A stretch of 50,784 bases of DNA from Octopus bimaculoides (taxonomy: Eukaryota). Positions 22,130-36,289 of the stretch are shown piece after piece (within the stretch, counting starts at the first letter, position 1; each line of letters opens with the position of its first letter). A program made the translations under genes and the position numbers. Location: the NCBI RefSeq assembly GCF_001194135.2, contig NC_068983.1, forward strand, positions 150,295,351 to 150,346,134, read 5' to 3'. The notes under the pieces are model-generated. The model was not told where the DNA came from and ran no database searches. It saw only the letters and a list, made by a program, of their open reading frames with translations.

Positions 22130-22565
22130 GTCAGTGGAGAGTTTCAAATCTACTCATTGCTTGCAAAGACCTGTCAAGACAAGTGAAATCGTAGTTGGAG
22201 CCAATACCAGTATCACATACCTGATACCTATGCCGGTAGCATGTAAAAAGCACCCTTTGAACTTTGGGCCTCATGGAGGCAGTGACAAGTGACTGAGACC
22301 TTTGGCAATACACCGTGCTTGAGAAGACCTGTCAAGCCAAGTAAGAAGTAAGATGCTGGTGTTTTGTAACTGGCACCTATGCTGGTGGCACATAAAAGGC
22401 ACCCACTACACTCTTGGAGTGGTTGGCATTAAGAAGGACATCCAGCTGTAGAAACCATGCCAAATCAGAATGAAACTTGGTGCAGCTCCCCAGCTTACTG
22501 GTTTTCAGTCAAACCATCCAACCCATGCCAGCATGGAAAACAGATATCAAATAATGGTGATGGTA
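22130..22565 (+). mobile_element. RTE LINE 3'UTR/tail fragment
   Basis: Matches 27500-27700 and 28060-28220. Confidence 0.75.
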
Positions 22566-23547
22566 AGTGTGTGTGTGTGTGTGTAGGTATATATATATAT
22601 ACATATATATANNNNNNNNNNNNNNNNNNNNNNNNNNNNNNNNNNNNNNNNNNNNNNAGAGAGAGAGAGAGAGAGAGAGGCGGGGACAGACAGACAGAGA
22701 TTACGTGTACTCATATACACACATGTATTTAACCTAGAATGGCAGTAGACATTCTGTCCTGAAATAAGTAATGTGATTACACAAAATGCAATAAATATGA
22801 GGCTTTATTCCTGTTTGAGAATCTGTTCTTTTTCAGTCTCAAGTTAATTCTGATAATACTTTACATTATTTATATTAAAATTGTAGCTATTAATTTGTAA
22901 TTATTCATATTCTTAGGATTAATTCTTATTAGAAAGATCAAAACAAAGTGCGATACATTGCTATGTTAGACAATAGTTGAATGGTCTGTCTGCAAGAAGC
23001 TTAGTGAGCTATAAATTATCTGGAAATCAAAAATGCTATCTGTGGAGGTAAAGTATAGAAGGTTTGATTAACACAAGATGATTGTTATAACCTGATTTAA
23101 CAATATTTTAAGTGCCCAGGCATATGGAATCAGCAATGTAGGCATCCAAAAATGTAGTAGATACAAGTTCAAGCCCATTAGTTGGTCTGCTCCTGCTATG
23201 TCCCAGGTTAGTGTTTATAATGTGCTGTCATCTATATAGATATGTATGTGTGTAAGTTAAAAAAAAACAATGAGTTGAGAGAAATAACTCAAGGAAGGTG
23301 ACATGTATTTTAATAATATAGGCAAATGCAAGCACATCAAATGCAATACAACATAAATACCCAATTTATTAAAATTATCCCCGCCTCTGAAGGGTGTATC
23401 ATAATTACCAAATAGCAATTAAGACCAGTTCCATATGAGGAAGGGAGATAATCTCAAGAATTTTCCAAAGTTGACATGCCATTAAGGAAAAGTCTGGAGA
23501 TATAAAGACAATCATGGGCATGTGTTTCTGCTTTAATGGCCATCATT

Positions 23548-23930
23548 GTGGAGGCGCAATGGCCCAGTGGTTAGGGCAGCGGACTCGCAGTCATAAGATC
23601 GTGGTTTCAATTCCCAAACCGGGTGTTGTGACTGTTTATTGAGCGAAAACACCTAAAGCTGCACGAGGCTCCGGCAGGGGATGGTGGTGAACCCTGCTGT
23701 ACTCTTCCACCACAAACTTTCTCTCACTCTTACTTCCTGTTTCTGTTGTGCCTATAATTCAAAGGGTCAGCCTTGTCACACTGTGTCACGCTGAATATCC
23801 CCGAGAACTACGTTAAGGGTACACATGTCTGTGGAGTGCTCAGCCACTTGCACGTTAATTTCACAAGCAGGCTGTTCCGTTGATCGGATTAACTGGAACC
23901 CTCGACGTCGTAAGCGACGGAGTGCCAACA
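23548..23930 (+). mobile_element. tRNA-derived SINE family A, full length
   Basis: Near-identical to 4123-4495. 10-bp TSD ggccatcatt (23538-23547 / 23931-23940). Confidence 0.92.
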
Positions 23931-24576
23931 GGCCATCATTAGCATGACACTTGTCTTACCCTAATCTCCAGCAACCTCTCTTGATCTTTCTTCTGAAGGA
24001 ACAATTCAACAATTCAAAGCCTAACGCTTGGGTTTATAGTGATTTCATGTTTATGTGTTCATAATGTTTTTCTACTTGTTTCATATGTATTACCACATTA
24101 GCATACACACCTATTTGTGTAATACATATTGCATTGACTAGTCACTGAACTATTAAAACTACCCTAAAGAACTATTTAGGAGTACTTTTGCTTTGATTGA
24201 TATGTTTACTGTTTATATAGCATCTTTCTTCTATAAATGATATAAAGGATGTAATGTTAAGTATTTGTTCATCTTTTGTCATTTTACACACACACACACA
24301 CACACACATGCATACAGATATTGTAAAAATCATGTGTATCCCAGATTTTATATTAGATACACGGTATCCTTGTATGTTGTTAGAGGCACTTAATGGGGTT
24401 GGAATCAGGAAGGACATTTGGCTGTAAAACACTGCCAAAAAGTCCCATCCAATCAATACCAGCATAGAAAAGCAAGCATAAAAATGATACTGATAATAGT
24501 GAAGATGATGATGGTGATGAAGATGTTAGTGATGATACTTATGAAGATGATGATATATCTTTGTGTGTATGTGCAC

Positions 24577-24650
<74 letters not shown>

Positions 24651-25609
24651 ATGTGTATATATATGTGTATATGTGTGTGTCTGCCTATTATGTGGTGGTG
24701 GGGAAACAGAAGATTGGTAAAGAATTAAATTGAAATAGAGAGATTTAACTTTTACGTGCTCATAATACTAATGATAGGTATGTTGATGTATAGTTTCAAT
24801 GCTGAAATGGAAAGACTAAGAAAAACATGACTTTCTGTTGGCATTGATAGTAGTAATAGTGGTGATACACATGTAGGTGGTGGTGGCAGTGATGGTTTCT
24901 TTTCTGCTAAAGGTATCAAGTTAGCAAGTCTAATTATAGCTGACTCAAACAATTTTACACTGTGTTCTATGGTGGCCAGATTTGATTGGTTTGAATGGTA
25001 AAGAGTTAAGTAAAGTATTAATCCTAAATATATGTCAGAGAACTAGTTTTTTTGAACTGTTGAAAGATAATTTGCTTAATCCTTTTGTTTTTCAGATGTT
25101 TTCAGATGAATTTATGCCATTTCTTTTATATAGCGATGGGCATAGCATTGTGGTTAAGAGGTTCATTTTGGACCTCTGTGCTTCCTAATTTGATCCTACT
25201 GTACAGTGCACATGCCTTCTACTCTATGTAACATTAGGTTACTCAGTTCTTTGTGCATTGAATTTGGTAGATGCAAACTGTGTAAAAGCTCATAACTCAC
25301 ACACATATATATTTACAAATATCACATGATGTTAAAGTTGGGAATACACACACACACACACACAGAATGGGCTTCTTTCAGTTTCTGCCTATTAAATCCT
25401 CTCACAAGACTTTGGTTGGCCTGGAGCTATAATGGTAGACACTTGTTCAGAGTATCACACTACAGGACTGAACTTGATACCACATAGGTTGGAAGCAAAC
25501 CCCTTAAGCACACACTCATTCCTGCGTGCACGCGCACACACACACACACAGACACGTACTGTTGTAACATAATTTGTTATGTACAATAAATACGATAACC
25601 AGACAACAG

Positions 25610-25864
25610 TTGTTGTTGTTGGCACTCCGTCGATTACGACGTCGAGGGTTTCAGTTGATCCGATCAACGGAACAGCCTGCTCGTGAAATTAACGTGCAAG
25701 TGGCTGAGCACTCCACAGACACGTGTACCCTTAACGTAGTTCTCAGGGATATTCAGCGTGACACAGTGTGACAAGGCTGACCCTTTGAATTACAGGCACA
25801 ACAGAAACAGGAAGTTAGAGTGAGAGAAAGTTGTGGTGAAAGAGTACAGCAGGGTTCACCACCA
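25610..25864 (-). mobile_element. SINE family A, 5'-truncated
   Basis: Reverse complement of ~23675-23930 with a caacaacaac tail. Confidence 0.9.
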
Positions 25865-26025
25865 ACTATCAATATCCCTTGTGAACTAACCAACCGACAT
25901 CTTCTGACTTCACTCGACTCCCAAACTCTGAGCCTCACTCAGATCGTTGCTATTTATACTTTACTCAAACCAGTCTATCTCGCGCAAGGGGGCATCATAA
26001 CACTCATCACAACATCTCCCCTTTT
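25865..26025 (-). mobile_element. Gypsy polypurine tract and partial 3' LTR
   Basis: Minus strand aaaaggggaga (26015-26025) is immediately followed by TGTTGTGATG..., with tataaatag inside. Confidence 0.6.
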
Positions 26026-26199
26026 GAGATTTCAGCTACTGTGAGAAAGTGGAATTTCTTTTTTTTTTCTTTCTAGCACCTCTCCCTCATTCTTTTTTTT
26101 TTTTAGCTGTTATATCTTAATTGTTACCCAACTTTTAAGGTAGTATTGTTTGTTGCATATAGCACTCTTGTTAGTATTTGCTTTTTGTTGTACTAAGCA

Positions 26200-26480
26200 C
26201 TTGTTCTTTTTTTTTATATATATATATTCAATCAGAGCTTCCCATTTTGCATAATCCACTTTTTCAATGATTCTGTTTTCTTTCAATTTGTCCAACTCAT
26301 CATCAACTTGCTTTATTGCAGCAAAAGGCAGTTTCCTATTAGGCTTGAACACATGTATAACGTTATCATCTAATTCAGAACACACTTTAGTCTTTGTGTA
26401 TAGACCTAGTTTGTCCAAGAGTACTTGCAGAAACATTTAAAAAAATGTTCTCTTTAACTCTTCAGATGAATTATTTTTAG
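26200..26480 (-). mobile_element. Gypsy/Ty3 pol fragment (start of RT)
   Basis: ORF 26110..26436: LGLYTKTKVCSELDDNVIHVFKPNRKLPFAAIKQVDDELDKL...IEKVDYAKWEA...YIKKKN. Confidence 0.75.
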
Positions 26481-26762
26481 AGGACAATCATTTACGTTTT
26501 TACAATAGAGATTTATGGGGAGGTCCTATAAATTGAATAATTCTAACCACACACATACACACACCACACACACATACATATTTAGCAGAAGTAACAGAGT
26601 GACTCAAGGTCTGAGAGTTTTGTGCATTGGCATTTGATAAGTGCCAATGCATGAAACTCTCAGTCTTTGAGTCACTCTGTTACCTCTGCTAAATATTAAT
26701 AAAAATATATACAGATACTCATATTTTGAGTTCTATTTTTCCTGTTGGCACCAACATACCTG

Positions 26763-26825
<63 letters not shown>

Positions 26826-26861
26826 ATGTGTGTGTGTATATATATATATATNNNNNNNNNN

Positions 26862-26901
<40 letters not shown>

Positions 26902-27115
26902 TATCATCGTCATCATCATCATCATCGTTTAACGTCTGCTTTCCATGCTAGCATGGGTATATATATATACCCATGGTATATATATATAAAATAAATGCAG
27001 CTGAAGATTGCTCTTCATATTGCATTTAAGGATATGCTCACATTACTTAAATAAATTGAAGTAGCATGAAACGTGCGTACTGCAATCACTTTTGAAATCC
27101 GTGTTGCTTATTATT

Positions 27116-27171
<56 letters not shown>

Positions 27172-27199
27172 AATTATGGGCCATGACTGCTGAGGATAT

Positions 27200-28220
27200 A
27201 CGTAAGCTTGAAAGAAATGAAGCTAGTATGATCCCCACTGGATGTGGAATGTCAGTGTGCATACACAACAGAGTGTAAGTGCTCTGAAGGGAAAGTTGGA
27301 CATAAGAAGCATCAGATGTGGTGTACAAGAGAGACAACGGCACTGGTATGGTCGTGTGTTATGTATGGATGAGGACAGTGTGAAGTGTCACTCCCTAACA
27401 GTGGAAGGAAACTGTGGAAGAGGTAGATCCAGGAAGACATGGGATGAGGTGGTGAAGCATGAGCTTCAAACATTGGGCCTCACAGAGGCAATGACAAGAG
27501 ACTGAGACCTTTGTAGATATGCTGTGACTGAGAAGACCCGGCAACTAAAGTGAGATCGCAACCATGGCCGATGCCAGTTTTGCATGTCTGGCCCATTTAA
27601 GAGTACCCTTGATGTGTCAGGCGATATGATATGCTTGAGAAAACCTGTTGAGTCTAGTAAAACCAAAATCATAGCTGTGGCCAGTGCCCCCTGACTGGCT
27701 CCCATGCCAGTAGCATGTAAAAAACACCATCCGAGCATGGTCAATGCCATGTCTGCTTGACTGGCTCCCATGCCGGTGGCATGTAAAAAGCACCATCCGA
27801 ACGTGGCTGATGCCAGTACCCCCTGACTGGCTCCTGTGCCGGTGACATGTAAAAAACACTATCTGAACATGATTGATGTCAAAACCGCCTGACTGGCTCC
27901 CGTGCCGGTGGCACATAAAAAGTGCCGTCCAAATGTGGCTGATGCCAGTACCCCCAACTGGTTCCCGTGTCGGTGGTATGTAAGAAGCACTATCCGAATG
28001 TGATCCCTGCCCGGCCCACCTGACTGGCTCTTGTACCAGTGGCACATAAAAGCCAATCACTCTCGGAGTGGTTGGCATTAGGAAGGGCATCCAACTGTAG
28101 AAAGCTTGCCAGATCAGATTGGAGCCTGGTGCAGCCTCCTGGCTTGCCAGTCCTCAGTCAAACCATCCAACCCATGCCAGCATGGAAAGCAGACATTAAA
28201 CGATGACGATGATGATGATG
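27200..28220 (+). mobile_element. RTE LINE 3' end with 66-bp minisatellite in the 3'UTR
   Basis: ORF 27242..27505: RHWYGRVLCMDEDSVKCHSLTVEGNCGRGRSRKTWDEVVKHELQTLGLTEAMTRD. Ends in a (GAT)n tail. Confidence 0.9.
27680..28055 (+). repeat. ~66-bp minisatellite, ~6 units
   Basis: tgactggctcc anchors at 27692, 27758, 27824, 27890, ~27955 and 28021. Confidence 0.9.
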
Positions 28221-28839
28221 ATATATATATATAATTATATAAATATAATTATAATTAAGGGTACTGAGAACAGCACCAACTTGCTAGAAAAAATAGAAGT
28301 CAAAATGACCCTAAAACCACGTTGTGCACTCCTTTAGCACTGGTGAAAAGCAAGCACATGATGAGATGGACAATTGGATTGGCTTCATATATACATGTGA
28401 ATATATGTATGTATTTGTATGGGTACATATATATATATTTGCATTTATGTACTATTTTGGTAATATTCCAACTGGTGAAAGTAGAGTATTTTATTACTAA
28501 ATCAGAAATTGTTTGATCTAGAGTTAACCACTAAAAATTTGCTAAATTTTTTTTGTTCATTCCCTCACTTTTCACCAGAGCTAAAAGAGTGTGCAATGTA
28601 GGTTTAGTGTCATTTTGACTTCTATTTCTAGCATGTTGGTGCTGTTCTCAGTGCCCTTAATTATAATTATATTTATATAATTAAATATCTATATTAATTC
28701 TTACCTGTATGGTTTTTATTACATGCTGGCCATTGATATGATCATTATTTTTATAATGATTTTATCCCTATTTATGTATGTATGTGTGTGTGTGTGTATA
28801 TGTGCATGTGTGTGTGTATATGTGTGTGTGTGTGAGGGG

Positions 28840-28975
28840 CTTCTTTCAATTTCCGTCTACCAAATTCACTCACAAAGCTTTGGTTGGTCCTGGGCTATAG
28901 TAAAAGACACTTGCCTGAAGTGCTACACAGTGGGTTTGAACCCAGAACCATGTGGTTAGCAAGCAAGCTTCTTCC
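28840..28975 (-). mobile_element. SINE family B 5' fragment; similar fragments at ~25370-25500, 33190-33335, 38560-38800, 40960-41100, 46480-46585
   Basis: gggcttctttca.tttccgtctaccaaattcactcacaaagc...gaaccatgtggtt, the reverse complement of the family B head. Confidence 0.75.
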
Positions 28976-29260
28976 TCTTCTTATCACCCTTGTTATTTCC
29001 ACATCCCAGGCCTTACCCTAATCCCTATGCTCAGCTCTTTACTAGGATGTCAGCCATCTAGAACTCCCTTGTTGCCTTTGTTCTTCCTGCAGGTGTTAAC
29101 TTGCAATCATTCAAGAGGAACATTAATGGCATCGATCTCACTGGTGTCAGAGAGTGTGTGAAGCTATAGGCATTGTCACTTCCTCCAGACCCAGTAAGTA
29201 AAAGGGAAAAAGAGTGGAAAATATATCTATTTAAATTACATCATCATGTCTCGCCTTCAC
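28975..29260 (+). mobile_element. CR1/L2-group LINE 3' end
   Basis: PYAQLFTRMSAI*NSLVAFVLPAGVNLQSFKRNINGIDL resembles the conserved ORF2 C-terminus (W-N-S-L-P...F-K). Confidence 0.55.
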
Positions 29261-32251
29261 AAATAAACATTCAGAAGGAGGGGAGTGAGGAGATGTCATA
29301 TCTTCTGGTTGTCTACTGAAGACTAGAGTGACCTACATTGGACAAGTGTGATTTGCACTTGCAACAGCTTTTGGTATGAAAGACATGGAACGACTAAGGA
29401 AAAGACAAAGTAGTAGTGGCATCAGTGGTGTAAGTTGCTGTTTCTGTAAGGGGAGGAAAAGTCAGTAGCACATCAATGTTTGTATTGCAACAGTCTGTAC
29501 TGAGTGATCAACATCATCAGACAAATGTCAAATGTGACCATTGTTTTTATCAAATAAATACCTTGCATTTAAATAACAGTACAAAGAGAGAGAACTAGCA
29601 GTCTTTAAAACATCTAACAAAATACCTGATGGTATTTCTTCCAGTTTTCTGTGCTTTGAGTTCATATTCTGACATGTTCGACTTTGTTTTTATCCTTTCA
29701 CTGTCAATAAATAGAAGATCAGTCTAAGGATGTGAATTGACAGTTGTTAGAGTACCAGACAAGACAACTTGCTATATCTGTTCCAACTTCTCCAATTCTT
29801 TACATTTTAAGTTAACATTCCCTATATTACTGAACCTTCCATCATAATAAAGTTATTGTGAAGTCCTGACATCCAGTCCAATGAGAAAAAGAGACTGCTT
29901 ATAAAGCTCCAATAAATTCGCAAAACAAACATCATATGTTCATAAGAACTCATCAGAACTCTATGTATGTATCTAAAAAATTCAGCAGGATTTAAGGCAC
30001 CTGCACCGGTGACATGTAGGAGGCACCTGTGCTGGTAACACATGAAAGACACCCAGTACACTCTGTGGAGAGGTTGGCATTAGAAAGGGCATCCATGTTT
30101 AGAAAACAGTTCCAGTCAAACCATCTAATCTGCCAGCATGGAAAATGGACATTAAATGATGATGATGTTAATGATTTTCATCTTAATAATACTAAAGCTC
30201 TAGATGTTTGTTTGTTCCCGAAATATCTCAGAAACAATATATTTTATTTTAATTTTTTTTAACATATTTATTTTCATATTTACTTTATGCAGTGCAGTAT
30301 GAGGTTTTGTGATATTTGGACTTCTATTCATTAATGAAAACAATTAAACTCAATTTTTGTTTGTTATTTCTTGACGAAAAGCATGGCTTCCATGACGTCA
30401 GCACACATACACACATACAGAATACACACACATATAACGAATGACATGGCGTGTGAATCAACACAAACACACATACACTATCTGTGACATACACACACAC
30501 ACAGTCATCACTCTCACTCTCTCTCTCTCTCTCTCTCTATTACAAAAGACATCGACTTTCACCCCTTCCTTTCTCATTCATGCGTTGTGATGGAGAAAAA
30601 CAAAAGAGTATTATTATTGTAGAAAGAATATTTTTATTTTCTCTTTTGTTAAACACAGCACGATGTATTGTCAGTGAACAAGTTGCAATTTCAAAGTGAC
30701 AAAAATATTTTGACACAAATTAAATTTAAATGTTGAAGTAAAACTAACAGTTTTTGTGTGTTCTTAAATGGCTTACAAACATCTTCCATGCTGCAATTGT
30801 TTCTGTTTCAGCATACAATCTCAGATCAAGTCCCTTGCTATGCAAGTACATCTCCATTATATTTTAATCATTTAGAAATATTTTTAAGTGAATGTGATTT
30901 CAAAAATGTAAATTGTTTGTACAGTAAGTATTTATATCTTAACTTTCTTTAAACAGACAATATTTTTATGTTTTTTAAAATTATTTTCAAGTGAATACCA
31001 TTGCAAAAATTTCTTTTGGCATATTTAAAAAATATTTCAAAAGGAAAATGACTTTAAAAATACAGTAAATATTTCATAAAAGACCCATTTGTAACCGTGG
31101 TGTGCAAGTTTTTTTCCATAGATTTTTTCCAAGTGCATTCAGTGTATCTCACCACCAAAGATTTGGCTGCTATTTCTAGCACACTCTGCTACCACGTAAC
31201 AACTATTTACAATAAAGGACCCAAAATACCTGTTACATGGTAGCAGGGTATGCAAGAAATAGCATCCAAATCTTTCCTTTTGGGAGAAAGGAGCTGTTTA
31301 CGCTTGATTTCGATGTCACAATCGTTGAAAGTATGCAAAATAACCGTGAAAAGAAAATAAAACCCACAAAACAAAACTCCGTTGCTGGGAAACTCAGAGT
31401 TTCTTGGTGACCTAACGGGCCATGGATAGTCTAGTATTATATAAAGTGCAGAGAATATGAAACAGAACGAAGTAGGTAATAAGAGATACACACCTTGTAT
31501 ATATGTTCTGTAATGAGCATCTGTGCTTTGTATGTTAAGTTCTGGTAAATTTGCATGCAATATTCTTTACTGGTCAATGTAGAGAGCAGTAATTTTACAT
31601 TTAATAATATAATGATGAATTAAAGGTTAAAGATGGATTTACAATGTTGTTGCTGTTCAGTCCCATGGCAACTTTGATGAAACAAATTAGTTCCAACCAT
31701 GACCATTCTGTCTTCTTTGCAGGTCTATCGTATCTAGTACTACATTATCAAACATGTCCTTCCTTCCAGACAAAAGAGTGATCTGAGGGGGATTTGGCTG
31801 CTGATTTTAGTAGGTCAAGCGATTGCATAAAGAGTTCTTCATTAGCTCCTAAGTTTACATATATTACACAGAAGAGAGCTGGTCTTGAATTACTTGCTTA
31901 TAAATCATGAGTTCATATCCATTGAAGATATTTCATTGTGCTTATAGACATGACATTATTCTAAGGCCTTGCTTTAACTGTTGACATTATGTACCAAGTA
32001 ATCAGATCTCATGAGAAGGCCAACTGCAACAGACTACCATCCTAATCAAGAAAAGATTCATTTCTCTTCTTCATACTATGAAGTCCAGAGCTAGACATCT
32101 GCTTTACATCCACTCATGATTTGAACTGCATAGATAGTGGCAATAAAGGATTTCATTCATCGCCAAATTCAGAGCACAACTTGTTTTCAATATTTTAGAT
32201 AGAAAAGGCAGCAAGCTGGCAAAATCTTTAGTGGTATTTCTTATGGTTTTA

Positions 32252-32460
32252 AGGTGGTGAGCTGGCAGAATCATTAGCAAGCCAGGCAAAATGCCTAGCA
32301 GCATTTCATACGTCTTTACATCCTGAGTCCAAATGCTGCTGGGGTTGACTTTGCCTTTTAGGGTCAATAAAATAAGTAGCAGTTGAGCACAGAGGTTTAA
32401 TGCGATTGACTTCTCCCCATTCTCCAAACTTGCTGAGCTTATGCCAAAATTTGAAATGAA
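32252..32460 (+). mobile_element. Meta-domain-like SINE, diverged
   Basis: ggtggtgagctggcagaatcattagc...gttgactttgcctttt...gtcaataaaataagtagcagttg, homologous to 49720. Confidence 0.75.
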
Positions 32461-33767
32461 TATTTTATAGATAGGAAAGCAGAAATGAATAGCCAGGGAG
32501 AAAAAAGTATTGGGACATAAATTTTGAATTTAAATCTTCTGCATGTGTTTTTGAGTACACTTAATATATGGGCACCAGTTTACCTAACTTTTGGCAATAT
32601 AGACTATCAAGAGATGTTACCTCAGACTGGTTGAAACACATTCTGCTTTTTTATACCATGAGAGCACAGCTAAGCATCAACCTTTAAAGTTCATTAAAGC
32701 TTAAATAACATTTATTTATATTTGTACACACTGTGTAGAAGCAATATGATATATGTCCTTAGGATAATTTAATAGGTGAAGCCAACCTCAACAAATTTGA
32801 AATCTTAGAATTGTATCAACCATTAACAAGAGACTATTTGCATTAGTTATTTAAGAAGAATTGCAACAACAATTGTGCATAAGATACATAGAAACTAGAA
32901 TCAATTATCAAGGGAGGCTGTCAAATTTAAGAAAACAAATCAGAACAAGAATAAATTTCATAAGTATTGTAGTAACAGTGATACAGTGAAAAGTCAATGA
33001 CCAGATGATAGATGTATGACAAAATAATTTAGTTCTTAATAATATTTATTATTATTCTTATAAAATAATATTTGATAAAATAAGTAACAGTTGAGTCCTG
33101 GAGTTGATGTAATCAACTTAGCTGTGCTGCAAACTTACTGACTTTGTGCCAAAATTTGAAACCATTATTACAAAATTGTATAAATGTAATGGCTGTGTGT
33201 TTAAGAAGATTGCTTCCAACCATGTGGTCTTGGGCTCAATCCTACTGCAGAGAACCTTGGGCAGGTGTCTTCTACAATAGCCCTGGGATGACCAAAATCT
33301 TGTAAGTGTACTTGGTGGTCAGAAATTGAAAGAGGTGCATTGTATCATCAGCACACCAAACACAGTCTCAAGAGATAAGGGACATGTGACTTTCTCAAGA
33401 TCAGTAAAGGCATGCTGCAGCACATCAGATGGAGTCTCAAGAGAGAAGGGAAATGAGACGTTCACAAGATCAGCAAAAGCATGCTGCAGTACTTAATGCT
33501 GAATCATAAAACAACGTTCAGCATGCCAGATTACACAGAGGTCCAATAGAATAGCTCTCAGAAACAGACTACATACAAATTCGTTCTTCACAACACCTGG
33601 AGTTGTTTTTTGAGATATGATCCATTCCATTCTTATAAAAATGATAATTCTGTCCAAATTGGTGTGCTAAACTCAGATTGTCATTTATGCAAAGCTTTAA
33701 AATTTACTCCACAAATGTTTTCTTGTCAATGCTGCACTTACCTGTATCACCTGTTTCAACATAACTG

Positions 33768-33804
<37 letters not shown>

Positions 33805-33958
33805 NNNNNNNNNNATTCCATTCTTATAAAAATGATAATTCTGTCCAAATTGGTGTGCTAAACTCAGATTGTCATTTATGCAAAGCTTTAAAATTTACTC
33901 CACAAATGTTTTCTTGTCAATGCTGCACTTACCTGTATCACCTGTTTCAACATAACTG

Positions 33959-33996
<38 letters not shown>

Positions 33997-34351
33997 ACAA
34001 ACTATGCCATTTTAACCCTGAACAATTCCAGGTGTCTCTGCTGGTACATATATATATATATATATGACTGTCGTCATTTCATTAATGTATATCCTTCTCA
34101 TTTTCCCTATTTGTCTCTGATGACAAAATCTCCCATACTTTGGGATATCCCAGAAACAGCTGTAAGATTTTGAATTTGTTCCAATAATAATAATGTATAT
34201 GACTTGAGATGTTTGCCTTGCCTTAACGTTTGTTGTCCTCTTTAACAATTACATAAGTATATATATAAATATATATATATATATATTGCATAGATAGTTA
34301 GGGTAAATTCCAGTTGTTTCCTCTCGAAGCACATCTGCTTATTCCATTATT

Positions 34352-34567
34352 CTTTTCTACTCTAGGCACCAAGCCCAAAATTTGGGGGGAGGGGGGCAGT
34401 CGATTAGATCAACCCCAGTACGCAACTGGTACTTAATTTATCGACCTTGAAAGAATGAAAGGCAAAGTCGACCACGGCAGAATTTGAACTCAGAACATAA
34501 AGACAGATGAAATACCGCTAAGTATTTCACCCGGCGGGCTAACGATTCTGCCGGCTCACCACCTCTC
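34352..34567 (-). mobile_element. Meta-domain-like SINE with 14-bp TSD
   Basis: Reverse complement of the 49720 copy. TSD cttattccattatt (34338-34351 / 34568-34581). Confidence 0.85.
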
Positions 34568-34801
34568 CTTATTCCATTATTACAATCAATTTGTATTCAC
34601 AGTTGCTTTTGTATGTTAGTCAAGATACATATTAGAATTGAGAATTATGGAAATATTATTTTCAAAACATGCACACATGCATGCACACATGCATGCACAT
34701 GTGTGCGTGCGCATGCGCACATACACACACACACAACCTTAATATATAGAGACAGATAGAGCTAACAGTGGACATTAATCTCTTGAGAGTTAATTAACAT
34801 A

Positions 34802-34974
34802 GGCGTAGGAGTGGCTGTGTGGTAAGTAGCTTGCTTACCAACCAAATGGCTCCGGGTTCAGTCCCACTGCGTGACACTTTAAGCAAGTGTCTTCTACTAT
34901 AGCCTCGGGCCGACCAAAGCCTTGTGAATGGATTTGGTAGATGGAAACTGAAAGAAGCCCGTCGTATATATATG

Positions 34975-35018
<44 letters not shown>

Positions 35019-35222
35019 TATGTTTGTCCCCCCAACATCGCTTGACAACCGATGCTGGTGTGTTTACGTTTCCGTAACCTAGCAGTTCAGCAAAAGAGAC
35101 CAATAGAATAAGTACTAGGCTTACAAAGAATAAGTCCTGGGGGTCGATTTGCTCGAGTAAAAGGTGGTGCTCCAGCATGGCCACAGTCAAATGACTGAAA
35201 CAAGTAAAAGAGTAAAAGAGTA
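34802..35222 (+). mobile_element. tRNA-derived SINE family B, full length
   Basis: ggcgtaggagtggctgtgtggtaagtagc...(TA)n(GT)n...gaaacaagtaaaagagtaaaagag. Confidence 0.92.
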
Positions 35223-36289
35223 TAGAACTAAAAGTTATGGATGTCTTCCTTAGAATAAAGAACTGGAGGAAAGAATTAAATCATTTTACTTTTGAAAAGT
35301 AATCTTAATTTTTTTATCAAGATGTTGGATGCATTAGAACCAGAAACTGTTGTTGCTGATATGGATGGGGCTGCTGTTTTGTTGGTAATTTTTGTGGCTT
35401 TTATTGTTCTTTCTACTGCTGCTGTTGTTTTCTTTTTTGTTGTTTAGACTTAAGTCACCTTTGATTGAGCAAGGTTTATGGTACACAGGTAAGTCAGTCA
35501 AAATAACTTAGTGTGACCCACATAACTCAGTTGTTCCGAATAAACTATGCCACCATCTAACTGAGAAACATACTACACATTCCAACATGCAATGGTTAAT
35601 TATATGGCAGTACAGTGCGACAGTCTGAACGTAGTATATCCTTCTCTCTAATATTGAATCTATTTCTGTACACCTATTATTGTTATTGGTGCTTTTCTCT
35701 TTGTCAATGTTGCCATTGTCATTGATTAGAATGAAGGCAACCTAAATCAAGCAAACCTTAGATAAATGGTATTCCAGCGAGGACCATCCTATCTTATTTT
35801 CGGTTACAGTATATGTCTGACAACATTATCTAATATATTCTTCCTTGTTTATAACAGTAGGATGTGGTTTAAAGTAAATTTGGCTGCTATTTCTAGTAGA
35901 TCGAGCGACCATATAAAAGCTCCCTTAGATTCTCCATACACTTCTAGACACTGGTCAGTGTCTTCTCTGGTAGTAGAAAAGATGAACTCAGGATGTGACA
36001 GTTACTGAGGTGGTTATTATTGATGTGCTTAATTCATTTTTGTTGTTGTTGTTGTTACTGTTGTTGCATATGACTTTGTTTGCTTATGGATGTTGTCATT
36101 ACTCCACTTCTGTTACTGTAGTGTTGTTGTTGATAGATAATAACAACAGTTCATAAACTATTCAGCTATACCTAGATTTTTCTTATCAACCACAATTGCA
36201 GTGTGTGGTAGCCTTTTCAAATTGATGAATACTTTTTGCTAAGAACATATTTTGTTGTTGTTTTACTAGGAATTGGGCATCAGTAGTAC

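Noticed and set aside
27680-28055. CRISPR-like array
   Set aside because: Whole units are homologous, there are no unique spacers, and it lies in a eukaryotic LINE 3'UTR.
30390-30400. CRE palindrome TGACGTCA (also ~7581)
   Set aside because: Isolated 8-mers with no TSS evidence are compatible with chance.
33622-33992. ~180-bp exact direct duplication
   Set aside because: The identical copies flank a 10-N gap and end in (TA)n, typical of an unmerged contig overlap.
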